Assembly: GCA_026014515.1 (NCBI GenBank)
Contig: JAOZIG010000286.1
Span: 1-60,425, forward strand
Source: Candidatus Bathyarchaeota archaeon
GTDB taxonomy: Archaea > Thermoproteota > Bathyarchaeia > TCS64
Length of the DNA: 60,425 nucleotides
Direction: 5' to 3'
Positions 19,503 through 27,745 of the stretch are shown piece by piece. The first letter of the stretch is position 1; every line of letters starts with the position of its first letter. The notes beneath the pieces were generated by a model. The model saw only the letters and a program-made list of their open reading frames with translations, ran no database searches and was not told the DNA's origin. The translations under genes were made by a program, and so were the position numbers.

Positions 19503-20453
19503 TTAGGCTTTGGCGACCCAGCACAATGAGTCTCCGCTGTTCACTGAGTAATGGACGCGTAGGAAGCTGATCACTCCATCCATTGGGGCATAAGCTGTTT
19601 GGATGGTCTCCCCTAACAGGTTACACACAGTGCCTAGCTCCTCACCTTTCTTCACACTCTGTCCCGCTTCTATTTTTCTTCGCCATACTCCCCCTTTCTT
19701 TGCCCACACTCTCTCACTGGGTGGATCAAGAGGTGGATTGTAACTGACGGGGGCTCCTTCAAGCATCTTCAGGTGTCTAAGTAGGTTCAGTGCTCCATCG
19801 TAGTGGTATTGTACGTCTTGCTCTCTGATGGGGTAGGGGGCTCCTGACTCGATCATCAGACACGGAATACCATACTTGTTCACAGCCTCCCCCGTGTTTC
19901 CAGAAATACTCGTGGATTCTATCAATGCTGGTTTGTAGAGTGATGCAAGCTCCACCATCTTATCAAAGAGTTCCTTGTTCTCGGTCTTATAGACGAATAT
20001 ACCCCTTGTCACGTCCTCACCGAGGTCTGCGCTATGAGCATCAATAAGCACATCCGATTTGCTCACAAAGTGCTCAAACACATGATAGGCTACGCGTTTG
20101 GTGATCGAAGCCTCGGCATCCCCGGGAAATACTTTGTTCTGGTTTAAGTGGTCCAGTTGGTTGTGGTATGGTTTTCTGGCGTGGAATCCCTCTGTGTTTA
20201 CGATTGGCGCCAGTATCAAGGTACCCGAAAGCTGATCAGGCGTTATTTTTTCGGCTATTCTGTATATTGCCTCTATTGGGGCGCATTCAACGGCATGAAC
20301 ACCGCCAAGAATAGTTACTGTTGGTCCTTTGTTGACTCCATTTATCACTATATATGGGAGTTTTATCTCGTGGGTTGAGGCATCACCGATCTTCACATAG
20401 CCTCTATGGACTGTTCCTTGTGGGATAACGGTATCTTGTACCTTGAAAGACAT
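19503..20453 (-). CDS. Succinylglutamate desuccinylase/aspartoacylase-family zinc deacylase (DoeB/EutE-like)
   Basis: 316 aa. GGVHAVECAP (H..E zinc motif) and a C-terminal beta-domain (AGQSVKKGEELGTV...APMDGVISF) are typical of the AstE/AspA family. Confidence 0.8.
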   Translation of the reverse strand: MSFKVQDTVIPQGTVHRGYVKIGDASTHEIKLPYIVINGVNKGPTVTILGGVHAVECAPIEAIYRIAEKITPDQLSGTLILAPIVNTEGFHARKPYHNQLDHLNQNKVFPGDAEASITKRVAYHVFEHFVSKSDVLIDAHSADLGEDVTRGIFVYKTENKELFDKMVELASLYKPALIESTSISGNTGEAVNKYGIPCLMIESGAPYPIREQDVQYHYDGALNLLRHLKMLEGAPVSYNPPLDPPSERVWAKKGGVWRRKIEAGQSVKKGEELGTVCNLLGETIQTAYAPMDGVISFLRVHYSVNSGDSLCWVAKA

Positions 20454-20491
20454 GAGTAAACTGAGAATAGTAAGAGTGTAAAAAATTTGGG

Positions 20492-21661
20492 TTAATAGGT
20501 ATAGTTGCAGATGAATGGCTCACGCCAGTCCTTCCACCAGCCAACAACCCTGTTGCCGGTCTCGGTGATAACAAAAACATCCTTGTTCATCAACAACTCA
20601 CCGCCTTCACCATGAACAACTGGGTTGAAGACAACCACCATATCCTCCTCAAAAACCGTCTCATCGGCTCCCGAGATATACGGAGGCTCATAATTGGTCA
20701 CACCAACCCCCGCACCCAAGGTAAGCTTGGGCTCCATGATGATGCCTTTCTCAGCAGCAACCGCTTTCACTGCATCATAGACCTCGCTTGCCTTGACACC
20801 GGGCTTGAGGTTCGCTCTCACTGTCTCCCTCAGAGTCACTAGCTTCTGGAAATCTGCTTTCTGTTCCTCGGTCATCTCACCCATGGCGAGCATACGTGCA
20901 CCGTTACACCAGTATCCTTTCACTGTGGAAACAAGCTCCATCCTCATCCACTCATGATGCTTCGGCACCCTGTCGAACCCTATTCCATACATGGGTGCAC
21001 CGGGCCACCATTTCTCTGTGTTTGTGCCTGTTACTACTTGTGCTACAGCGTGGTGTCCTACCTCGTCAAGTTCTCTTTCGATGGCGTGGATTCGTACATT
21101 CTCTGTGTTGCTCATCTCACCTGATGCCTGAACGACTAACACGTGGTGTGCTTGTCCCGCAATAGTATGATCAGTTTTGCTTGCTACTTCTTCTAGTAGT
21201 TCAAGCTCTCTTGGAGTCTTTTTTATCCTGAGTTCACGTAGCAGATCATCGCATGGTACGAGTTGGAAGTCTTCTAACGCTGATTCAAGCCTGTTGTACA
21301 GGTTCAACGGTATCCTGTTGACGTCAACGCCTATTTTTCCCGTCTTCCTAATGGTGTTCTTAGCAAGCAATACCGCTATCTCAACGATGCTGCTTGGGCT
21401 TCCCGGTTTCTCGTTATATGTCTTGGTTTTATTTACCCACGCTAGGTTTAGGAAGCTGCTCTCCCATTCATGGGGCACTATGGTTGTTGGCAACTCGTCT
21501 TTTGGCCAGAATAGCGCCATGTACCTGTCAGGGAAACTCTGTGGATAGTGGAGATATGCTCCTGTGAGGTACTGAATATTATCATAGCCAAAGACCAGTA
21601 GGGCATCGTATCCGCTTGCCTCTATTGCCTCGTTGACGTTTTCCATTACTTCTTCTTTCAT
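20492..21661 (-). CDS. M24-fold (creatinase/prolidase/ectoine-hydrolase-like) protein, metal ligands apparently degenerate
   Basis: 389 aa. Creatinase-like N-domain plus pita-bread domain. Canonical D..GY.SD.TR reads MELVSTVKGYWCNGAR, and HG.GH...HE.P reads GAGVGVTNYEPP. Confidence 0.8.
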   Translation of the reverse strand: MKEEVMENVNEAIEASGYDALLVFGYDNIQYLTGAYLHYPQSFPDRYMALFWPKDELPTTIVPHEWESSFLNLAWVNKTKTYNEKPGSPSSIVEIAVLLAKNTIRKTGKIGVDVNRIPLNLYNRLESALEDFQLVPCDDLLRELRIKKTPRELELLEEVASKTDHTIAGQAHHVLVVQASGEMSNTENVRIHAIERELDEVGHHAVAQVVTGTNTEKWWPGAPMYGIGFDRVPKHHEWMRMELVSTVKGYWCNGARMLAMGEMTEEQKADFQKLVTLRETVRANLKPGVKASEVYDAVKAVAAEKGIIMEPKLTLGAGVGVTNYEPPYISGADETVFEEDMVVVFNPVVHGEGGELLMNKDVFVITETGNRVVGWWKDWREPFICNYTY

Positions 21662-21673
21662 CCATTATTCCTC

Positions 21674-22831
21674 CTAGTGGGTCGCCCTGTGGCCATAGAC
21701 ATGGTATAATTTGTCCCATGTCCTGTACCAGCTAAGCTTCCTGTTTCCCTCCTCGGTTATCTCGTAGATGTCCTTGCTGTGGATTAGCTCCTGTCTTGGA
21801 CCATACGTGTAGATGTCCAGTGCGAGCACCATACCAGCCTTCAACTCTGTGCTACAGCTCAGGTTCAGGTAAGGTGGCTCATGGTGACTTGCACCTACAC
21901 CGTGACCTATTCCTGGCTCCTTCCAGAAACCTATCGCCTGTTTCTCGGCTGCTCGTGCAACGTGGGCATAGACCTCGTTGCATGCTACTCCTGGTTTGAT
22001 CATCTCTAGAGCGGTTGTCTTGAGTCGTAGGTTCTCCCTGTAGGCGTTCTCTTGTTCTGGTGATGGTTTTCCGACTACTCCCATCCTGCCTATGTTGGTC
22101 CAGTATCCCATGTAGTGGGCGCTTACATCCATCCTGAAGAGTTCGCCCTCTTTCACCCAGCCACGCTGAGGCGTATAGTATATCTGGCCTTCGCTTCCGA
22201 ACGCTGAGTTGAGTAATCCTACTCCGCTTGCCCCGTTCTCGTTGACGTGGACCCTGATCCGTTCAGTGATCTCCGCCACTGTGTAGCCGGGGTTCTCGAC
22301 TGCGCCTTCAAGATGCATCAGAGCATACACTATTCCCCTGTCTGCTTGTTTACAGGCGCGCTCTATGAACTCGATCTCACCCTTGGTCTTTATGATTCTA
22401 AGGTCCCTGATCATGGGGTCCGCTGGCTCCCAACCAACGTTGGGTAGTTTTCCTGATAATGAGTCCATCAATCCCTTTGAGACCCTTGCCGCGTCAAAGC
22501 CGATCTTGTTTTTATCGAGCCCCATTCCCACAATTAGCTCTTCTACTGCCTTGACGAATGCCCCTGTCTCGTATCCCTGGTTTTCGTCGTAAACCAGTGT
22601 TTCTCCCTGCCACCCTTGGTCTTTTACTGCTTGTGACCAGTCTTGAGGTATTACTGCGACTGGTGTACCTTCTTTGGGTAGTAGGACAGCGGCTTTTCTT
22701 GATGGATAATTTTCCGCGAAGGGTAAGACGGTTCTTGTAAGGTAATTGAAGTTGTCTACACCAATCGCCAAGACTGCATCATAGTCGGTTTCTGTGATTG
22801 CAGTCTCGATTTTTTGTTTGAGTAAATCCAT
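21674..22831 (-). CDS. M24-fold (creatinase/prolidase/ectoine-hydrolase-like) protein
   Basis: 385 aa and a paralogue of the adjacent gene. Motifs are MDVSAHYMGYWTNIGR (second Asp replaced by Asn) and GIGHGVGASHHEPPYL. Confidence 0.8.
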   Translation of the reverse strand: MDLLKQKIETAITETDYDAVLAIGVDNFNYLTRTVLPFAENYPSRKAAVLLPKEGTPVAVIPQDWSQAVKDQGWQGETLVYDENQGYETGAFVKAVEELIVGMGLDKNKIGFDAARVSKGLMDSLSGKLPNVGWEPADPMIRDLRIIKTKGEIEFIERACKQADRGIVYALMHLEGAVENPGYTVAEITERIRVHVNENGASGVGLLNSAFGSEGQIYYTPQRGWVKEGELFRMDVSAHYMGYWTNIGRMGVVGKPSPEQENAYRENLRLKTTALEMIKPGVACNEVYAHVARAAEKQAIGFWKEPGIGHGVGASHHEPPYLNLSCSTELKAGMVLALDIYTYGPRQELIHSKDIYEITEEGNRKLSWYRTWDKLYHVYGHRATH

Positions 22832-22953
22832 TTTGGATGCTCCTAAGTGTTTAGAATCTCTATATTGCTAAACTAGGAGATACATTCATAGCATATAAGC
22901 AATTTTCGATAAAACACTGTTTAGTATATAAAGGAAAGGTGTTTGAAGGGGCT

Positions 22954-23400
22954 TTAAGGGATGGGTTCATAGAATTTCTGTATCTCTATGACGTATCCTT
23001 CAGGGTCATGGAGCAGGAATATTCTCAAATTTAGCTCCTTATCATCGTGGGGCTCGTTGATGGTATCGACGCCGTTCTCTTTGAAGTGTTCATACCATGC
23101 ATCAGGGTCATCAACTATCACCGTGAGCATAACCGGCTTTGTGTCACTGTATTTATGGTAACCAACGTTGCCGTCTACGCACCCCATGTAGGCGTTGTCT
23201 CTTACTTTGAATATTTTAGCCCATTTCTGGTCCTGTATGAGTTGGAAGCCCATGATTTTCTCGTAGAAATCAGCTGCTTTCTGTAGGTCTTTGTAGTAGA
23301 AGAAGGTTAGAATCCCTTTTGTCTCTGGAAAACTCATGCTTGATTCTTGCATATTGGGCTTAAAGCAGTTACCATCAGTTTCTCTCAATGTATAAATCAA
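22954..23400 (-). CDS. VOC (glyoxalase/bleomycin-resistance/dioxygenase) family protein
   Basis: The domain begins at GILTFFYYKDLQKAADFYEKIMGF and ends at DPEGYVIEIQ. A more likely start is Met at 23337 (MSFPETKG), which leaves a 91-nt divergent promoter region. Confidence 0.75.
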   Translation of the reverse strand: MIYTLRETDGNCFKPNMQESSMSFPETKGILTFFYYKDLQKAADFYEKIMGFQLIQDQKWAKIFKVRDNAYMGCVDGNVGYHKYSDTKPVMLTVIVDDPDAWYEHFKENGVDTINEPHDDKELNLRIFLLHDPEGYVIEIQKFYEPIP

Positions 23401-23428
23401 GCCCTACCCCAGCGATATTTGATGAATT

Positions 23429-23887
23429 ATGAAAGTTGGAGAAAAAGCACCTGATTTCACTCTGGTAAATCAGGATATGAAAAAAGTCTCACTTAGCGAC
23501 TATAAAGGCAGCAAAGTTGTTCTCGCCTTCTACCCCGGCGCATTCACAGGTGGATGCACGAAGGAAATGTGCACTATTCGTGACGAGATAGCCGATCTGG
23601 AAGAACTAAACGCAGAGATACTAGGTATCAGCGTAAATGATCCCTTCAGTAACAAGGCGTTCCATGAGGAAAACGTCCTGAACTTCCCTCTACTCTGTGA
23701 TTACAATAGAGAGGTTGTGAAGTTGTATGATGTTTACCATGAGGATTTTGCTGGCTTGAAGGGTTACACTGTTGCAAAACGCAGTGTTTTCATCGTTGAC
23801 GTTGATGGAGTTATCAGCTACAAGTGGGTAACTGAAGACCCCCGTGTTATGCCTCCTTATGATGAGGTAAAAGCTGAGCTTGCCTAG
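23429..23887 (+). CDS. Peroxiredoxin (AhpC/TSA-redoxin family)
   Basis: 152 aa. Motif [15 protein letters not shown] contains the peroxidatic Cys. Confidence 0.85.
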   Translation: MKVGEKAPDFTLVNQDMKKVSLSDYKGSKVVLAFYPGAFTGGCTKEMCTIRDEIADLEELNAEILGISVNDPFSNKAFHEENVLNFPLLCDYNREVVKLYDVYHEDFAGLKGYTVAKRSVFIVDVDGVISYKWVTEDPRVMPPYDEVKAELA

Positions 23888-23918
23888 TCTCCTTCAGCCT
23901 ATCTTTTTCATTTTTTTG

Positions 23919-24479
23919 CTAGGTTTCTTGGTACTTGTTGTGGAAAGCCCATTCTGGTAATGGTTTACGTTCTGGGCGTTTTAACTCGTTTTTCGCTTGG
24001 TCCTCGCTGAGGCTTGGGTGAATCTCCTGCATCTTCTTACCCACGATAATCAAGGTAAGAACCGTGTACTCTTCTGGTATACCAAGAATCTCACGGGTCT
24101 TCTTTGGGCTGAATCCAGCGATAGGGTGAGCTACTAGTCCCAGTTCTGTTGCTCTTAGGATCAATGTGGCGGTTGCCATACCAAGGTCAAACTGATGGTA
24201 TATGCGTTCACGTATCTGGCAGTCATCCTCGGGTTTTGAGAACGCAGCTATAATCATTGATGCTTGTCTCGCCCAAGCGTTCCCCCTTGATAGTGCCTCA
24301 TACATTTCCTCAAGCTTTTCCCGATCATAGACGAAAACGTATCTCCAAGGCTGGTTGTTAAAACAAGATGCGCTGAGCTGCGCATGGCTTGCTAGGTCTT
24401 CAACGAGTTCCCTTGTTATCTCGACTGGCATCAGTGACCTGTATGCTCGTCGTGCGTGAATAGCCTCTGATACGTTCAT
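23919..24479 (-). CDS. Nitroreductase-family flavoprotein
   Basis: 186 aa. AIHARRAYRS and NNQPWRYVFV motifs are typical of the FMN nitroreductase fold. Confidence 0.85.
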   Translation of the reverse strand: MNVSEAIHARRAYRSLMPVEITRELVEDLASHAQLSASCFNNQPWRYVFVYDREKLEEMYEALSRGNAWARQASMIIAAFSKPEDDCQIRERIYHQFDLGMATATLILRATELGLVAHPIAGFSPKKTREILGIPEEYTVLTLIIVGKKMQEIHPSLSEDQAKNELKRPERKPLPEWAFHNKYQET

Positions 24480-24483
24480 GTTC

Positions 24484-24951
24484 TCATCCTTGAAGCTCGG
24501 ATAGTTTTTCCATCACTTTATCGACGTGTCCAGCGACCTTTACCTTGGGCCAGACATGGGCGATTTTTCCCTCTGGGTCTATGAGGTATGTGCTTCTGAC
24601 GCCCCCCATGTATTCTCGTCCATACATTTTCTTCTTCTGCCAGACACCATAGGATTCAAGAACCTCTTTCTCTGTGTCGCTGAGGAGATTGATGGATAAC
24701 TCATGCTTCTGCCTGAAGTTTGTGTGGCTCTTCAGGCTATCTGGACTTACGCCAATGATCACCGCGTTCTTCGCCTTGAACTCATCTTCTGCGGCTGTAA
24801 ACTCTAATGCTTCCATTGTACAGCCCTTGGTGTTGTCCTTTGGGTAGAAGTATAGTACAACCCATTTTCCCTTCAAGTCTTTGAGACACATCTCGCCTCT
24901 ATCTGGGTCTTCTAGACAGAAACCCGGTGCCTTTTCTCCAATATCTAACAA
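24484..24951 (-). CDS. bcp: Thiol peroxidase, Bcp-type peroxiredoxin
   Basis: 155 aa. Motifs WVVLYFYPKDNTKGCTMEA and RSTYLIDPEGKIAHVW. Confidence 0.9.
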   Translation of the reverse strand: MLDIGEKAPGFCLEDPDRGEMCLKDLKGKWVVLYFYPKDNTKGCTMEALEFTAAEDEFKAKNAVIIGVSPDSLKSHTNFRQKHELSINLLSDTEKEVLESYGVWQKKKMYGREYMGGVRSTYLIDPEGKIAHVWPKVKVAGHVDKVMEKLSELQG

Positions 24952-24992
24952 ATGTCCTCACCAGAATGATATAAAATTGAAAAGGGGGTTAT

Positions 24993-26369
24993 TTAAGGGG
25001 TCTCAGGTTCACGGATATTATAGAATGCCCGCTGAACAACCTCTGAGAGCGCTGGGTGGATATGCATGGCATCAATTAACGGGTAAACCGTGCCATCTCC
25101 TGCACTCATCACGTTGATAACCTCCTGAATCAGGATAGGCGCATAAGGGCCAACAATATGAGCCCCCAGAATCTTGTACTCCTCCTGTGTGATGATGACC
25201 TTCACATACCCGTCCTCCTCCGCCATCGCTGCTCCCTTCGCGGTATCAATGTAGTTGTACTCACCGACATAGTAGCTGATGCCCTTGTCTCGTACCTCTG
25301 CCTCTGTGAGACCAACTGACGCTACCTGAGGCCAACTAAAAACCGCGTATGGCACCAGATCATAGTTCATTGGATGGCTATGTCCATGACTGAAGCTGTG
25401 CCAGACTATTTCGGCTTCCTTGTTTGCCACGTGTTTAAACATGGCTCGCCCTATAGCGTCACCCAGAGCCCAGATTTTTGGCTTACTGGTCTGGTACTCC
25501 TCATCAACCACGATGAAGCCCCGCTCATCAACCTCGACACCAGTCTTCTCAACCTTCAACAAGTCCGCGTTACTCTTTCGTCCCGCAGCTAGAAGCAGCT
25601 TCTCAACAACGTACTCCTGTTTCTCACCGTTTTTCACGCCAACGACCTTGATCTTGTTACCCTGTTTCGCTACTTCTGATACCTCGATACTGGTCTCAAT
25701 ATGCATACGTTGCCTCATCCCCATAGTGAGTATCTCTGATATCTCTGGCTCAGCGTGCTTTATGAGACGGGGGCTCCTGCTCAATAGATGTGTCTCTACT
25801 CCCATGCTGCTGAAAAAATGAGCCATCTCACACGCAATAAAGCCACCACCAACAATAGCGATGCTCTCAGGTTTTTCCTCAAGGTCCCAGACAGTCTCGT
25901 TTGTGAGGTATGGTACTTTTTCGATACCCTTTATCGGTGGGATCAATGGTCTTGCGCCGCTTACGAGGAATATGTTGTCTGCTTTGATGGTCTCGTTTCC
26001 TGCCTTCATGGTATAGTTGTCGATGAACTCTCCCTGAACTGGATAGTATGTGAGTCCCTCCACCTGTGTGATGGTTTCCTCCATGGGGTGACGGTCATGT
26101 AATACGTAATCACGGGTTCGCTTCATTATACCAGCAAAGTCAATCTCATCTATTGTCGCCTTTATCCCAAGCTCCTCAGCGTGTCTGATTATATTCACCA
26201 CATCAGCGGGATAGATCACCATCTTAGACGGGATACACCCTGTATTGAGACATGTTCCCCCAAGCTTTCCCATCTCAACCAATGCAACAGTTTTCCCCGT
26301 GTTCACGGCTGCGTCGGCTATCATCATGCCGCTGCCACTACCAACTACTAGGACATCAAAATGCTTCAT
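24993..26369 (-). CDS. Class I FAD-dependent pyridine-nucleotide disulfide oxidoreductase (dihydrolipoyl dehydrogenase/glutathione reductase family)
   Basis: 458 aa. FAD motif VVGSGSGM, redox-active disulfide GGTCLNTGCIPSK, NAD motif VGGGFIACE, and C-terminal HIHPALSE interface motif. Confidence 0.9.
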   Translation of the reverse strand: MKHFDVLVVGSGSGMMIADAAVNTGKTVALVEMGKLGGTCLNTGCIPSKMVIYPADVVNIIRHAEELGIKATIDEIDFAGIMKRTRDYVLHDRHPMEETITQVEGLTYYPVQGEFIDNYTMKAGNETIKADNIFLVSGARPLIPPIKGIEKVPYLTNETVWDLEEKPESIAIVGGGFIACEMAHFFSSMGVETHLLSRSPRLIKHAEPEISEILTMGMRQRMHIETSIEVSEVAKQGNKIKVVGVKNGEKQEYVVEKLLLAAGRKSNADLLKVEKTGVEVDERGFIVVDEEYQTSKPKIWALGDAIGRAMFKHVANKEAEIVWHSFSHGHSHPMNYDLVPYAVFSWPQVASVGLTEAEVRDKGISYYVGEYNYIDTAKGAAMAEEDGYVKVIITQEEYKILGAHIVGPYAPILIQEVINVMSAGDGTVYPLIDAMHIHPALSEVVQRAFYNIREPETP

Positions 26370-26407
26370 ACTTAGTTCATAGAAGCGATGAATAAAAAGT
26401 GGGGGAT

Positions 26408-27745
26408 TTACTCAAGCTTTGATAAGCCATACTTGCTGTAATAGCCTTCCCAGAGTTCCCGCATGTCTTCGTTGAGGCTATCCTTGATGAGGCTGTAGAT
26501 GGTCTTGATGTTCTGGATGCTGTGTACCTTGAGTTTAAGCTCCTTCTCCAGATACTCCACCGCACCCATATCCTCAATGTTATCCTTGTCACCGAGACGC
26601 TCCAATCGATCAACCGCAATCACCAGACCCACGATCTCGTGGTCACCCAGTAATCGCAGCTTCTCAATGGTCTCCACCTTGGTTATGCCCGTGGTGATGG
26701 TGTCATCAACGACCAGTATGCGCTGCCCGGGTTTGAAGTAGCTGGCTCCGACCAAGACACGGTCTGTGCTCAGGTCACCGTACTCCTTCGCCTCTTTGCG
26801 GTCATACATGTAGCGTTTGTCCATGCCGTAGAGCTCGTTCAAGCCTTCACAGGTGAGTGTGGCTAGACTGATGCCCTTGTAGCTTGGGCCGAACACGTAA
26901 TCAAAGTCGGGTATCTCGCCACGCTCCATCAGTAACGCGATATAGCTTGCGAACGCCCACTTGACCTTGGCTAGGCTCTCTCCGTCGGTGAGTGCTCCGA
27001 GATTAACAAAATATGGGCTGGGTCTTCCACTCTTCAATATGAAGGGTTTGTCGGCGCTGGGTGGGAACCGTAGGGCTCCTCCCTTGATGAGTGCCTCTAG
27101 GAAGACTTTCTCTATCTTTGCCTCTGATACAAGTCCTCTGCTCTCGATCTTGAACTCCTCGCTCTTGATCTTCTCCAATATGGAGCCATACCACGTGGTG
27201 CTTCCACAGTAGGTACAGTGGAGCTTTGTCTCCTCAATCTTTTCACCCGTCTCGACCTTAAAGTCGGTAGGTGGAGCCGCGAACTCTTTGTTCGTCTGGC
27301 AGAGAAGATTGGGGCACTGGAATACTCCCTTGATATTCTCTGGAGGCTTGATGACGCGTTTCTCCTTTACCTCCCAGTCCTGTATTATATTCAGTGTGCT
27401 GTTGGGGGCTACGAAGGCGATAATATCAATCTCGCTTGAAGTAAGATACGTACCCTCTATCTTGATGAGGTCTTTCTTACCGAGGCTTCCGCTCACAACG
27501 TTCTGGGCGATAAGGGTCTCTGCGTCGCTTGGCTGCTTGAGTAACTTTAGAACGAGGAACGCCTTCCCCGCGGGGATGTGGTCGATTACTATCCCGTTCT
27601 CTATCTTGCTTACCAAGAGTTGTCTATTTGACAAATGGTTACCCGCATCATTTCGTACAGATGAATAGAAAAAGGTTGCTAATAATGAAAAAATAGGGGG
27701 ATTTTTATGGGTCTGGATGTACCTGAGCACACCACGTGATATCAA
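26408..27745 (-). CDS. pyrI/pyrE: Fusion protein: aspartate carbamoyltransferase regulatory chain (PyrI) plus orotate phosphoribosyltransferase (PyrE)
   Basis: The N-terminal half has VSKIENGIVIDHIPAGKAF, GKKDLIKIEG and the zinc domain CPNLLC...LHCTYCG (PyrI). The C-terminal half has FILKSGRPSPYFVNLGAL, FGPSYKGISLAT, YDRKEAKEYG and ILVVDDTITTGIT (PyrE). The ORF-track start overlaps the upstream gene by 41 nt. A TTG at 27634 (MSNRQLLVSKIENG) is a more plausible start. Confidence 0.85.
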   Translation of the reverse strand: MISRGVLRYIQTHKNPPIFSLLATFFYSSVRNDAGNHLSNRQLLVSKIENGIVIDHIPAGKAFLVLKLLKQPSDAETLIAQNVVSGSLGKKDLIKIEGTYLTSSEIDIIAFVAPNSTLNIIQDWEVKEKRVIKPPENIKGVFQCPNLLCQTNKEFAAPPTDFKVETGEKIEETKLHCTYCGSTTWYGSILEKIKSEEFKIESRGLVSEAKIEKVFLEALIKGGALRFPPSADKPFILKSGRPSPYFVNLGALTDGESLAKVKWAFASYIALLMERGEIPDFDYVFGPSYKGISLATLTCEGLNELYGMDKRYMYDRKEAKEYGDLSTDRVLVGASYFKPGQRILVVDDTITTGITKVETIEKLRLLGDHEIVGLVIAVDRLERLGDKDNIEDMGAVEYLEKELKLKVHSIQNIKTIYSLIKDSLNEDMRELWEGYYSKYGLSKLE

